DNA of 62,192 nt, filler included, from an uncultured virus (IMG/VR IMGVR_UViG_2049941000_000870) (Duplodnaviria > Heunggongvirae > Uroviricota > Caudoviricetes). It is 18 parts of one record of this genome, joined end to end, with 100 filler letters (N's around TTAATTAATTAA, not from the genome) between each part and the next. Parts side by side here need not be neighbours in the genome. Positions count along the whole stretch, not along the records: positions 45,028 to 47,489 come from IMGVR_UViG_2049941000_000870; positions 47,590 to 51,446 come from IMGVR_UViG_2049941000_000870; positions 51,547 to 53,935 come from IMGVR_UViG_2049941000_000870; positions 54,036 to 62,192 come from IMGVR_UViG_2049941000_000870; 14 more parts are not named here. One strand, given 5' to 3'. Positions 45,966-60,000 of the stretch are shown here, piece by piece (positions within the stretch are counted from its first letter, which is position 1; every line of letters begins with the position of its first letter). A program made the translations under genes and the position numbers. The notes below the pieces were generated by a model. It saw only the letters and a list, made by a program, of their open reading frames with translations, searched no databases and was not told the origin of the DNA.

Positions 45966-46734
45966 CCCGTCGTAGTAGACGATGTACATGCCAGCGGGTA
46001 TCTGGTAGTTTGTGCTGCTCGCCGCCGCGCCGTTAATCCAGAGCTGGGCGTTAGGGCCGACGGTATCGCCGTTTCTGTTGAAAACCTCGAAATACCTCAG
46101 ATTGGCCGCAATGGCCGAATTGTAATTCTGCTGGAAATCGACGAACAGGTATGAATTGGCTGAAATGGCGGCGTAAAGCTTGTCGCAATGCCCCGTCATC
46201 GTATGGGCGCCATAATAATCGCCCACATGCACGATGTTCGCCCCGTATGTGTCCAGGTTCGGCGTGTCCGACAGGTCGCTGTAGCTTCCGCTGAACGCCA
46301 CGTCCGCAAGGTCCAGGTACTTGTTGTCGATTTTCTTGACAGTGCAGTAGTTCCCGTAGACGAGCTCGAACGTCGGAGGTGTGCTGCCGAACTCGCTGGT
46401 GAGCGTGACCATGTAATGGTCCCCGTCACTGTCAATATACAGGCCCCACCCTTCGCCAGTGTCGGTGGAGGATGACGAACCGTTCTGGAATATCTCTGTA
46501 AGATACTCTATATTGCCATAGAATTGGTTGTCTGTATCCAGTTCGACCTCGACCGTTCCGCCGATTACCATCTTGGAAGGCGGGTTGCTGTCATTGTCGA
46601 AGTCGTGGTAGAAATACGACATCAGCACACCCCCGCTAGGGTTCGTGCTGTCGTGTCCAGTTATATTATAGAGTTCGGTTTCAACTGGCACACGGCTTTC
46701 GAAGCATATATCCCCGAACGGCCTTTCCTTCAGG
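45966..46734 (-). CDS. Tail fibre-like fragment
   Basis: LADVAFSGSYSDLSDTP motif. Confidence 0.55.
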
Positions 46735-48028
46735 NNNNNNNNNNGCGATATAATCGGTTGAATTGGTTGTTGTGATGGTTATTCCTTGAGGGTGGGTCAA
46801 AGCAACCTGTCTGGTCTGGTCGTTTGCAAGGGTGTAGGAAACACCATCAACCGAATATGAAAAACCGTATGTGTTCGGTCCACTTGCGGACAATGTAACG
46901 GTTTGTGAAAACACATCCGTGTTCCATCCAGTCGGAACACCACTTGCGTTTGATGTTGGAATATTTGCAAGATTTGACGGTTTGTATAATGTGCCAGCAC
47001 TTGCGACATTATAAAGCCAATTTGTAAAATATGAAGTGGTCCATGATGAAACATTTGGTGTACAAGCGCTTGTTAAGTTGGTACAGCCATAATACATTTG
47101 AGCACAACATGAACTATTCAATGTTCTTGCTTTTTGTAAGTCACTACCACTTGTCAAATTTGTACATCCATAGAACATTTGTTGATAACAACCACTTGCA
47201 AGCGTCGTCGCTGGCAGCTCTGGCGCCGTTGCCAGGCTTGTACATTCTCGGAACATTTGATAATAACAATTACTCACATTTGTTAGATTCGTCGCTGGCA
47301 ACTCTGGCGCCGTTGCCAAACTTGTACATCCATAGAACATGCTATGATAACAACCACTTGAAAGCGTTGTCGCTGGCAGCTCTGGCGCCGTTCCCAAACT
47401 CGTGCATCCACTGAACATTTGTTGATAACAATAACTTGAAAGCGTCGTCGCTGGCAACTCTGGCGCCGTTGCCAGGCTTGTACATCCATNNNNNNNNNNN
47501 NNNNNNNNNNNNNNNNNNNNNNNNNNNNNNNNNTTAATTAATTAANNNNNNNNNNNNNNNNNNNNNNNNNNNNNNNNNNNNNNNNNNNNCGTTCTGCCAT
47601 TCCTGCAGGCTTCCAATTGCAATGCTGCTGATTTCAACAGAATCAGCCAAACCACTTACTTCGGCCAATATCTCGTTTTTCCACCCGTTCAGCTCTGAAA
47701 TGGCGTCCGCGTTCGTCGTGGCCATATGCGTGACATCGGCCATGCTTCCGATGAGGAAACCTACACTTCCGACGGTTATGTTGTAATCGCTTGAAAGGTC
47801 GTTGATTGCGTTGTGGTTGGCACTCACTGAGCCGACAATATCGCTTATACTGGCGACTGTTATATCGTAATTACTTGACAATGTGTCAATTGCGTCAGCA
47901 TTTGCGTTGACTGACCCCATTATGTCGCTTATGCTGCCGACTGTCGTGGTGTGCCAGTCATTCAACGTCCCGACTGAAGCCGTGAGGCCTTCAATCTGCT
48001 CGGCGTGTGTCTGCGAAGNNNNNNNNNN

Positions 48029-49547
48029 GGCGGGCCCGTCTTTCGTTTTCAAACGGGTTCAAGCGCAACGGACTGAGGACTATCCTCCCTTCGCCAGCCG
48101 AGCACGACAACCATTCTGGGACATCCGACACATGGAGTGCCGACTCCGACACGGCCTCGGCCGTGCCTGTGTCTGAAACCCTCACGTAACGGCATTCCTG
48201 GATATCTATGACGGTATCCGAGCCGTNNNNNNNNNNCACGCCAGACAGCGTGATTCTGCCGCGCATGTCCTCTTCGGAAACCTGCTCTATCACCAGTTTC
48301 CTTTTAAGTTTGCTTTCGTCGAACGGTATTCCGACCGACTTGCACCATTCCTTGTAACTTTTTATATCCGAATGGGTTATGGTTATGGTGCCTGACTTAC
48401 CCTCTGGTATGTGGAGTATGTAGTCCCTGTAGGTCCCGCTGATGTTCCAGACGTTGTCCACATCCTTGGGCATGCCAGAGACTTTCACCCCGCACGAACC
48501 GCCGTATGATGTTATGTACACATCACATGACTGGTTTTCAGTGTAGTGCGTGTACGGTACCGCCACATGTTCTGGGCACTCAACCCTCAGGTCGGTGAAC
48601 CCGTGCTGGACAACTGTCATAGATATGGTGTTTCCGACCCTGTCCGACAGCGTGACCACCGCCTCCCTGTCCTTGAAGCCAGGGTTGCGGTCCGTTTCGA
48701 TTACGGCTGAAGAAGGCCCAGCGGACACACGGAGCCATTCGTCGGAACACGACGCGGACACTGGAAGGTTCTGGCGGTTAACATTGTACCCCTGTACATG
48801 GCTTCCGCCTTCGTATCCGAATTCTATTGTCTTCGCACTGGCCATTTCATCTGTTTTTCTAGTCGTCCAGCGAGAAACNNNNNNNNNNTGCCTGTACGAT
48901 ACCCTCACCCTGGCCGTGGACCTTGGGCTGTTCCTGTGGGCGAGAACCACGTCGTAGTACATGTCGTCCGCACTGGGTATCTTGCCGTAATTGGTTATCG
49001 ACAGTTTCGACGGACTGGTCTTGGCGACCTTGAGCCCGCCGTCATAGGGTGTCACCCTGTACGGAAGGTTTTCGGAGGCCCTTGAATATTCAAGGACCCC
49101 TCTCACCATATAATCCTCGGTCCCTCCGACGCACTCGACGTCAATTTCCTCCGTCTCGCTGTCCTGGTCGTTCTGGCCGTACAGTGTGCTGAACACAACC
49201 TCGGGAGACTCCTCGCCGTCCCTGGACACGGACACGGTGTATGTCGGAGCGGACTGCATGAATATGACCGTGACATGCCTGTCGGCGTCCAGGTTGTGGG
49301 TTAGCTTCACCATGCCGAACCTGTCCGACGGGGAAGTGTTCTCCGCTATGGACATGGTGATGTAGTTCCTCACCCTGTCGACGGTAATCCAGTCCACTGA
49401 AACCTCCATGGTGTAGTGGTTTATCGAGGAGCTTCCGTCGACAAACACGGTCATATGGTGCTCCTGGCGCCCGCAGTCGACATTTATGGTGTTGACTGGG
49501 GCGTCAAGAAGCGTTCCGTTGTCATATTCAGTCCAGATACGTGCCAA
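48029..49547 (-). CDS. BACON-like Ig-domain protein(s) (gapped)
   Basis: Repeated DW/EW...N....R...V/I...Q pattern. Confidence 0.65.
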
Positions 49548-49561
49548 AACGTGGTGTTGTG

Positions 49562-51446
49562 TTAGGAGTTAGGCTCTATATTGAGTATCATGTCGTCGAC
49601 ATCTGCAAACTGTATCGTCATATTTCTATAGTCGAGGCAGTACAATTTTGCGTTCTCACTGAGTTGCAGTTGCTCGAACAGTGCTATGAAGTCTTTCGGA
49701 TTGTCGAACGTGGTTGACAGGACAACTACGTCACCGTTCTCGGAGGAGTCGTGCATGTCCATGGTGTCGACATAATACACTGGGTACATGCCGTCCCTTG
49801 CTATAACGAGAACCCTGTTCTGCAGGTCGTCCGTTGTGAACTCACTGGAATCACCGAGCGGCTTCCAGTTCTCGGCGTCTATTGTGAACAGGCCGTTTGA
49901 ATAGTCTTCGCGAAGGTCTGTCCCGATGCTTGTGTATGTGCAGTAATATGCGTTCACGGTAGTCACCGCGCCAAACCCTAACGCTTTCCTGGCTGTAAGT
50001 TCTGGGGTCCCTTCGAACAGTGCCGCGTACATGACCTCGTCGTCGGCCCTGAAAGTGTATGACGGCTCCTTGGTGACCACACCATCAGTCACATCGGAGA
50101 TTTCAGAAGCGCCTCCGCCAATGTAGGTCGGTGTGTCGGTTATGATTTTGCCGTTGCTGTCGACCATATACCATCCCATGAACGAACAGCCTTCCTTTTC
50201 AGCCGCCTTTATCGTGACCATGTCGGCGAAACCAGCTTCAACCAAAGGGTTGTATGAAATCTTGGAGTTGTATTCCTCGGTGTGTCCGACCGTGATTGTC
50301 GTTGTACCGTAGTTGGATGCTGGAACGTCGTTCCCGTCGTCGACTGTCAGGGTTGACTCGTCCAAACCGATTGTGACAGGCAGTGCGTATATCGCACAGG
50401 TTCCGACTGTCACGATGTTGCCGAGCAGCACAGAACCTCCGTTGACTGGTGAATTGTCCATGAGCATTTCGCCGTTGCTGTACCATGCGATTGTGCCGAG
50501 TGTGCCGAATGCGTCCACATAGTCGGTCGACAGCTTGTAGTCTGAGAGCCTTGTGACATACTTGTAGTTGGTCGGAACAACCACGGAACACTCGGCCGAA
50601 CGGGGCTCGCTGCCATATATCACGAAGTTGCACGTGGACTGCAGCTGGTTTATTGTGGTCGATATGGTGTTCGCCACGATGTTCTCTATGGCCTCTGTGC
50701 TCACCTTGACAGCCATTTCGTTAATCTGCGTGCCCAGCTCGACCTGTTTTGAATTCAGCTCGGCTATGCTTCCGAGGATGAATCCGTTCGGGTCGGTCAT
50801 GCTCCCGATTGTCGTCTCCATTGCACTTATCTTGATGTTCTGGGTGCTGATTGTTTCGAGTATATCGTTGATTGTGGTGAGAACCAGCGCGTCCAGACTG
50901 CCTTGTACATCCGAAATGTCGCTATGGTTCTGTGCCGTCGCACTGTTTATTTCCGCAATACTGGCGATAAGCGGTATGGTCGGGTCGCTCATCTCCTTGA
51001 GCCCCTGGATGTCGTCCGAATTGGCCTTTGTGGCGGAATCGATTTCGATTATGCTGCTTATGACTGGGTTGTTCTGGTCGTGGTTAGTCAGACTGTTTAT
51101 GAAATTTGTGTTGCTCACAACCTGGTAGTCCAGTTCCTCTATGCTTCCGAGAACGGCACTCACGCTTCCGATGACAATATCCTGCCATTGCTGCAGGTCG
51201 TATATTGCGTTTGTGCTCATGTTCACTTCGGCGTTCAGGCTTCCGATGTTGATGCTTGCCTCGTTCTTCCATTCCTCAAGTCCGTCTATCGTCTGTTTGG
51301 TCGCCTCCAAAGCAGTCTCAAGGCTTCCGATATTTGCGATTACTGGGTTTGTTTCATCACCTTCTGTCAACTGGTCGATGAATTGTGAATTGGCGTCCGT
51401 CTGCTCCTGCAGTGTCTCTATACTCCCGAGCGCAATTGTAATGCTC
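49562..51446 (-). CDS. Coiled-coil virion/tail protein with Flg_new-like domain, C-terminal part
   Basis: Heptad-like IGS repeats then FMGWY...YTF...YAALF. Confidence 0.65.
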
Positions 51447-51546
51447 NNNNNNNNNNNNNNNNNNNNNNNNNNNNNNNNNNNNNNNNNNNNTTAATTAATT
51501 AANNNNNNNNNNNNNNNNNNNNNNNNNNNNNNNNNNNNNNNNNNNN

Positions 51547-54500
51547 TTCATCGGCCGAACCGACGCCGTCCGCATGCACAAACACACTGACACCGTCTAT
51601 ATCGACACGCATTGTGTTCTCGAGAAGGGATTCCGACAGTTCGTTTGTTGACGGGTGCACATTCTCCGTCAGGATTGACAGGTCGTGGATACCGACAGTC
51701 GCAACGGCCCTGTCGTCGGAAAGCGACATCGGCGTCCCTTCGAATATCGCGGTGAACTGGTATTCGGTCGGAAGCGTGACATCGACAAGCCTTGACGCGG
51801 ATGTGTTTCCGTCCGACCACATGAGGAACCTGGCCCCGTTGTTCTGGCCCTCGGTTGCCTTGACAAAGCAGTAGCCGTGCCCAGTTTCGTCTATCGTAAT
51901 GTACGACGGATTGTCAAGCTGCACGGTTTCGTCTATCTGCATGATGAACCTCTGGCTGTTCTCGGCGCCAGTGTTCGTTATGGCCTGTATCGTGTCTATC
52001 GTGTTGTTCGTCCTGGCCGTTACTGGATAGTATTCCTCGAGCTCGCCGTATGCGGACTCGTTGTACAGATACGCCCTGTCTGGGAGCATGTGCTGGTTGT
52101 TGCCAGACACCGCCTCGCCAGTGACCGCGTTCGCGTACATCCATCCGTAGATTCCGACCGTAGAACCGTTGAACGACGTGGCGATGTTTCCAGCGTGGTT
52201 CAGCCTCCTTCCGACCTTGACCTTGGCCTTCACGTCACCTTCGGTGGCGAACCAGGCCTTGTACGACAAATCCTCACCCATGCTTGTCGGTATGTCCGCA
52301 AGTATCGGGCCCCTTGAACTGGAACCGTCTGTCCAGCAGTAGAACATGCCGCCCTGGGTGTTCACATTGGCTGTGAGCGTGATGAACTTGACTACATTCG
52401 GGTCGAACTCGAACCCGTCCTGTGTGAGTTGCACGACATTGCTGTGCTCAAGGTTCGGATTGAGCGTGTAGTCCCCGTTCGAATCCAGTGTGCCGACTGT
52501 CATGGCGTACAGGTTGGGGCGCCTTGCCCTGACATACTTGCAGGTGACGGCAACCGTGCCAGACGGTGTTCCGCTGCCAGAGTTTGTCGCAAGGTGCAGC
52601 CTGCAGTAGTATTCGTCGCGTTTCCTGTAGACCGCCCTGAATATATAGCCGTCGGCGGAAACTGGGTTCTCGCTGTCGGTTGCGTCCTGCGGTATATACT
52701 CGGTGTCGAGCCTGAAGCTCGGATTTATGGAAGTGTAGGTTTCCGTGGCGTTCTCTATCTCGGACATTCCGTCATCCTCCCATTTCATCGGGACCACCTC
52801 CCATCTGTCGAACTCATACCTGTCACTGTAGAGGTCCGATATCGTCGTGTTCAGTTTCACGATTGTACCCTGGAAGGCCTCGAAGTGTGTGCCGTCCATG
52901 CAGTCGTAGTGGACGTCTCCCATGACCGAACCGTTGTCGAACATGGAGAAGCTGTCCCTCACGATGTGGGTGTAGAGGTCTGAATGTTCATAGTCGTCGT
53001 AATCCGATTCACATGGTGTGTATGTGTACAAGGCCCCGAATCCGTCACCTCTGACCGTTATCATATACCAGTTCCTGGCCTTCACCTTGTCCTTGTCGGA
53101 AAGCCCAGTCTCGTCCGCGCCTGGCGTGTATACAAACTGCAGGTGGCCGCTTCCGTCAGATGACAGCATGTTGCTGGCGAGCGACGGGTCGGTGTTCCAC
53201 GTGCCGTTCGGGAACCATGTGGCGAAATGGTCCTGGGTCCACTCCCTGGTATCGGAAACGGCGTTGTTTCCGAGCCACCTCCAGACTTTCCTCCAGCTGA
53301 CGTTGGAATAGCTGCAATACGGTGAATGGGTTTCATTCCGTGTGAAATAGCTCGCATACGCGCGGTCCCAGTCCTCTGGTTTCTCGTTGTCCTGGTCAAG
53401 CGCGTCCTGCACCTTCATGTAGCCGCCCATGTCGTCGCCTCCGTCGAGGTCGGNNNNNNNNNNATTCGTTGAATTTAGATATGGCGTCGTCAGCCGCGTC
53501 TTTCTTCGCGGTGTCCGTTATGTCGGCATATGCCGTCACGGTCGTCGTCGTGCCGATTACGGTGTTCACTGTCCCAGTGGCCATCTCGTTCGCACCGACG
53601 GAAATCCATACTGGCCATAGCTCGTTGTTGTCGGCTGTTGGCTCGTAGTAGTTTTTGAAAATCGGGGCTGTGCGGGACGGGGACTCGCTCCATCCGCAAA
53701 GCAGGTACCCTTCCCTTGCCACCATGTTGTAGTTGGGGAGGGTGACCTGGTCGAACCCCAGGTCGAACCCGTCCTCTGGATAACTGTATTCTATGGTGTT
53801 GTTGGACACGTTGAGCATCCCGTCGAACACGCTGTTGCTCACCTGACCTTCAGCCAGATTGAGTGTCAATATCGTTACATTTGCCATTTTGGTGTATGTT
53901 TGGTTTTTACGTTATTCCTTATTTCGTTATCTCAANNNNNNNNNNNNNNNNNNNNNNNNNNNNNNNNNNNNNNNNNNNNTTAATTAATTAANNNNNNNNN
54001 NNNNNNNNNNNNNNNNNNNNNNNNNNNNNNNNNNNCGTCGGCCTTGTAGTATCCGTTTTTGAAGTCAACGGCCACCGCATCCCTGTTCATATACTGGGCG
54101 TAGAACGTAACCTCCCTGTTCGTGATGTTGTGTGTGTCGCACAGGTCAGCGAGGTTCACCGACTGCCCGACCTGGTACGCCGTGTCCCCTATGACGAGTG
54201 CCCCGCTGTCGGTATATCCGAAATGCCAGCCCTCGAAGAGCTGCGGAACGGTCTGTCCGTCATAGGTCTCGGTCGGGGCGTCGAACTCGCTCTTCGAGAG
54301 GGAGTAGAACTTCGACACGGTCTGGACATCGGCCTGTGCTCCGCCGACGCCGTTCACGGTCTCGAACTTGACCGTGTAAATGTCAAGCAGGTCCGCATCC
54401 TCGAAATGCAGCTCGACTGGGTCTGAGTTAGGAATTGGGGCCACGACGTATTCCTTGGCCTTGCCCTCGTCGGTGATGAAGGCGACCCTCTTGCCGATGA

Positions 54501-56719
54501 AGAACTGCTTCATATCAGTGAGCATCTGCTCAGCTAAAGCTTTCTGGTAGTCGAGCCTGGTGTTGTATACAGGGACATCCTGTTCATTGTAATTCCACGT
54601 ACCTTCTGGACCTGGGTCCCCATCGATTGACTGGGTTGGCCTTATTATTATGTTTTCATCCTCATCCTCATAGCTGAATGAAAGTATCCCTTCATTTTCT
54701 GGGACATCATATGGCCCGTATAGATAATCTAAAGTGAAACCAGATTCATTTGTATTGAAATAACTTTGTGATATACCAGTTGGCTTAGCCAACGAAGCAA
54801 AAGCTGTGTCAATATTATAATTCCTAATCATTTGTTTGTTTATAAAAAATTATTATTCATTCTCAACAATAAACTTAACGGTTGTTGGGGTGTTGTCATC
54901 CAAAGACATAAAATACCCTTGAAGAGTTTCACCATTGTAGGTGAATCCAGTAGTCATAGTGCCGTCTGACGATGAATATGGTAATCCATGTGTGCAGTTN
55001 NNNNNNNNNATTGTCTTGTCAAACTCATTTCCAATTGCATCATAAAAATGGACAGAATTTACATTCACTTTATATCCCTGAGGCAATAACACAGAATATC
55101 CTTTTGTATCGTTATTTGTGTTTCGTGGAATCGTTATTGTATTTTCCTGCCCTGGAGTACAAACGTATTGTGAACTCGTTATAGTCCCGTTGTCTATACG
55201 GTCTTGCATTGTTGAAGCGTACTTCTTCGTTCCGCTTAGCCCGACAACCTCAACCTGGTCAGGCTGGAGCTGTTCGAAGTTGGCCACATACTCACCGCTT
55301 GAAGTTGCTGTGAATGAATATGCCGCGCTGATTGAAACCACGTTACCGCCTTTCGTCCAGTTAACGAATGAATATCCAGTTGACGCCGACGCCGTGAGTG
55401 TCACCGTAGAGCCGTGGGTATACGTTCCGCCGCCGTTGGCCGTGCCGCTTCCGTTAGGTGACACGGTTGTGGTTATCTGGTACTGGTTGGGCTGTTTGAC
55501 TGGGTACATGTCCTCGGAATCGCTGAACGTGTAGTTCACGTCCTTCGGGGTCGTCTCGCCGAACACCGCCCATCCGTTTATGGTGTATCCAGTCTCGCTG
55601 TAGCTGGCCACGGCCTGTGTCTCGGAAATCACAGTTCCGAGCGTTGTGGACTGTGGCGGAATNNNNNNNNNNNNNNNNNNNNNNNNNNNNNNNNNNNNNN
55701 NNNNNNNNNNNNNNNNNNNNNNNNNNNNNNNNNNNNNNNNNNNNNNNNNNNNNNNNNNNNNNNNNNNNNNNNNNNNNNNNNNNNNNNNNNNNNNNCCAGT
55801 TCTCGTTTCCAGTCGTCGGAACGTACTCAAGAATGACATTGACCCCTGGCGCGATATACTGCTGGGCCTGCGCCGTCGTGTAGGCCTGTCCGTCCACCGC
55901 TATCCTGAACGTGCCGTGCGGCTCCGACGGGAACCTTATACCGAGCTTGTACAGGGTGTCCTCGATGCATCCGATGACAAGGTCCCTGGACACGTTGGCT
56001 ATGGTCGCCGTGTAAGGGTTGGTCCCCTCCGTGACGTCGTCGTTCTCGTTGAAGCCAGTCCAGGCGTTGAAGGCTTTGTCCTGCGCATTGTTTATATAAG
56101 TGAACACCAGCGTGGAGCCTGCGTTGACGGACTGCCCGCTTGAAATCGCGGAACCGCCCTGGAGCTCGCATGATATGGTGTTCGTGTCGAACGTCACCGT
56201 GTATGTGACGGCACCGCTCCATATGGCGTAGAAAGTGGTGATGTCGTCGGTGAGCGCCACTTCCGCGTTAGGCTCGTAGTCGGCCGAGGTGTTGTTGGAC
56301 ATGCCCCATCCCTCGAAACCGCCCTGGCCGCTTGGCTGGACAAACGTGCACTCTGGAAGCTTCACATACCCGTCCTCGTCGCTGAGGATTGAGTTCATGT
56401 GCCCAGNNNNNNNNNNCCTGGCTATCTTCATCCATGACGGGAGGCCAGAGACCTCTGGCATTTTCGGGACAAGGTTTGAATCCTCTATCCCGTCCTTGAA
56501 CCAGTATTCGCTGACATGGCCCTGGGAATTGAGGATTCCGACAGTCATTCCGACGTAACGTTGAATATACACATCCCCAAATTCTGGGTCTGTTGTTGTT
56601 GCAGTGGTGGTTAATGCACTATTCAAATCATTATAAGGCCCATACCACCAATCCAATGGTGCGTTTGGACTTGCACTATATTTAAGTGTTCTGTTTAATT
56701 CATTAGGTGTTTGTGGCAT
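51547..56719 (-). CDS. Cluster of gapped virion proteins with InlB B-repeat/Flg_new-like domains
   Basis: Repeated GYxFxxW...Y.A.F motifs in several long ORFs. Confidence 0.6.
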
Positions 56720-57088
56720 ACCTGTATATTCATATATTTGTTATTGTATTGTAAATGTAGCTGATTGATATCCANNNNNNNNNNGGTGTTGCCAGGTTCC
56801 ATTTCGCCTTCAATCTCGAACTTGTGGCCTGCCTGGCAGTATCTCGTTGTTGACATATCTGATAGTATTTTTATTTTATATAAATAGCGAGCGGCCTGAA
56901 GTTCTTCCGTCTGAACCTCAGGCCGCATATGTGCCAGAAACCGACAGCATCACGCGCCTACGGCGCCAGTCACTATGAGTTTCGNNNNNNNNNNNNNNNN
57001 NNNNNNNNNNNNNNNNNNNNNNNNNNNNNNNNNNNNNNNNNNNNNNNNNNNNNNNNNNNNNNNNNNNNNNNNNNNNNNNNNNNNNNNN

Positions 57089-60000
57089 CAGCTGACGCGA
57101 AATTCGCGGTGAATGAAGCGTCGCTAACTACTGTGAACGTGTATACGGGATTGGTTGTTACAACCTGTGAACCGTTTGTCCAGTTGGTGAATGTATACCC
57201 AGAATTGGCCGTGGCCCTTATCGTCGCGCTGGCTCCGTCGTCATACTGCCCTCCGCCAGTGACGGTTCCTCCGCTGGAAGGGTTCGGTGTGACTGTTACG
57301 GTGTACTTCTCCGTAGGCGTAGGAGGGTCTGGGGACGGCGAGCTTCCGCTGAACTTAGCTGTGTATGTCACACCGCACTCGTCTATCTGTATAGTCCTAG
57401 TGTCGGTATGTCCGCNNNNNNNNNNNNNNNNNNNNNNNNNNNNNNNNNNNNNNNNNNNNNNNNNNNNNNNNNNNNNNNNNNNNNNNNNNNNNNNNNNNNN
57501 NNNNNNNNNNNNNNNNNNNNNNNNNNNNNNNNNNNNNNNNNNNNNNNNNNNNNNNNNNNNNNNNNNNNNNNNNNNNNNNNNNNNNNNNNNNNNNNNNNNN
57601 NNNNNNNNNNNNNNNNNNNNNNNNNNNNNNNNNNNNNNNNNNNNNNNNNNNNNNNNNNNNNNNNNNNNNNNNNNNNNNNNNNNNNNNNNNNNNNNNNNNN
57701 NNNNNNNNNNNNNNNNNNNNNNNNNNNNNNNNNNNNNNNNNNNNNNNNNNNNNNNNNNNNNNNNNNNNNNNNNNNNNNNNNNNNNNNNNNNNNNNNNNNN
57801 NNNNNNNNNNNNNNNNNNNNNNNNNNNNNNNNNNNNNNNNNNNNNNNNNNNNNNNNNNNNNNNNNNNNNNNNNNNNNNNNNNNNNNNNNNNNNNNNNNNN
57901 NNNNNNNNNNNNNNNNNNNNNNNNNNNNNNNNNNNNNNNNNNNNNNNNNNNNNNNNNNNNNNNNNNNNNNNNNNNNNNNNNNNNNNNNNNNNNNNNNNNN
58001 NNNNNNNNNNNNNNNNNNNNNNNNNNNNNNNNNNNNNNNNNNNNNNNNNNNNNNNNNNNNNNNNNNNNNNNNNNNNNNNNNNNNNNNNNNNNNNNNNNNN
58101 NNNNNNNNNNNNNNNNNNNNNNNNNNNNNNNNNNNNNNNNNNNNNNNNNNNNNNNNNNNNNNNNNNNNNNNNNNNNNNNNNNNNNNNNNNNNNNNNNNNN
58201 NNNNNNNNNNNNNNNNNNNNNNNNNNNNNNNNNNNNNNNNNNNNNNNNNNNNNNNNNNNNNNNNNNNNNNNNNNNNNNNNNNNNNNNNNNNNNNNNNNNN
58301 NNNNNNNNNNNNNNNNNNNNNNNNNNNNNNNNNNNNNNNNNNNNNNNNNNNNNNNNNNNNNNNNNNNNNNNNNNNNNNNNNNNNNNNNNNNNNNNNNNNC
58401 TCCGTCGCCGACCTCACATGCGAATTTCACACACTCGCCCTCTGGCTTGAATCCTACAAGCACCAGAATCGTCGTGCTGGCTATCACCTGCAGAAGGTAC
58501 TTTATGATTACGTCCATGAAGTACCTACGATAATCTTCAGAATCTATATTGTTCTTGATAATCAATAACTTGCGCGGCTCGTAATACCTTTCCCCACAAT
58601 TGAACGTCACGCAGTCCTCGGTGTCGTCTGAACAATTCAGGTTCACAACGTCGTCGTCCATCGGGTCGCCGTGGACCAGGTTCTTTATCTTCTCCCCGCA
58701 GTGCTCGGCGACTTCATACCTGAACTGGTCGGCCACCCTGCACATGGAATAGTCGTAGAACCCATAGTTCTCGGCCGCATACCTTAGAGGCTTCTCCAGA
58801 TACCGCCTGTATTCCGCACCGAGGTCGTACAATCCGAACCCGACATGCGGGTTGTTGCCTATGTTGTCTGGCATGATGGAGTCCAGGTACCTGGCCAACT
58901 TCCAGTCCTCATAGGTTACGCCGAACATCAGCTCCCTGACTGGCTCGCCGTCCCCATCGGTCTCGTTGCAGTAATCGTCGAACTCCTGCAGGTCCGACAC
59001 GTCGATGCCAACTGGGACATTCCTCCAGCTCGAGAACAGGTTCGGGTAGAACGGGTCGGTCAGCTTGAAGAAATGCGACACTGTGTTCGGTATCGTCTCG
59101 ACATATTCAGACAGGTCCGAAAGGTCCATGACATAATATATCTGCTTGCCCTTCACATCGTACACGTTCACTGTCATAAGCTCGCCGACCTTCTGGACGA
59201 CTTCCATATACGGGACCGTCTCAAGATAGTCGTATTCCTGTCTTGAAAGCTGGGATATGATGCATGGCTCGTCGGCCATCTTCCCCCATCCCCCGTTGGT
59301 CTCGAACTGGACGTTGCCGTCGTAGAGCTTAAGCTGGCTGAAATACGGGACCAGCACATGCTGGTTTCCGATATAGACATCCTTCAGCGGGGCACCAGAA
59401 AACTCGTCGTCTGGATAGTTCCGCCTGATGTTCTTCTCGCCAGTGACATACTTGCAGAACTCACCGACTGTCAGGTCGCCCCTCAGGTCGTAGCACCCGT
59501 CGTCGAACATCACATGTTCTGGGCATGTGTCGTTCAATTCGTAGTGCATGAATTCAAGATACGATTCAAGTGTGGGATAGTCCTCGAAGTGCTGGTATTC
59601 AGTGTCGGCGTCTGGGTCATCGTTAGGCTGGTAGAACCAGAACACATCGTCCCTCCTCTTCGGTTCCACGGAGTAATACCTCTCCTCGACCGTATAGTCG
59701 TCATCGCCTATTCCGAACAGGCCCATTACCATGTCTATGCAGTGCCTGGTGCCCTTTGTCCTGAAAACCTGCCCAGCGCTTAACACAAGTCTCCGCATGA
59801 AATCGTTGTCGACCGTGTTCTGGTCGACATACTCTGGGTTCGACGTGTCGTACCACGGACTGTGGTTCAGTGCGGTTCCGTACCTTCCCTCCTGTTTCGG
59901 GACTGTCAATGCATACTGTCCGAGCGTCAGGTTCATGTTGTCGAACTCCTTGGTCGAGAACACCTCCCACCCGAGAAGCTCGGCCTTGTCCGACACCTCG

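Larger units (their letters stand above)
43141..47489 (-). repeat. BspA-like LRR protein fragments (26-aa repeat TAPELPATTLAxxCYxxMFxGCTSL) at 43141-43575, 44595-44927, 45028-45682, 46746-47489
   Basis: 78-bp tandem repeats; C-terminal cap F/Y.KP...SG.P..W at three loci. Confidence 0.8.

Noticed and set aside
18616..47489. 72-bp and 78-bp repeats as CRISPR or DGR
   Set aside because: They are in-frame protein repeats with no spacers, no RT gene and no adenine-specific pattern noticed.
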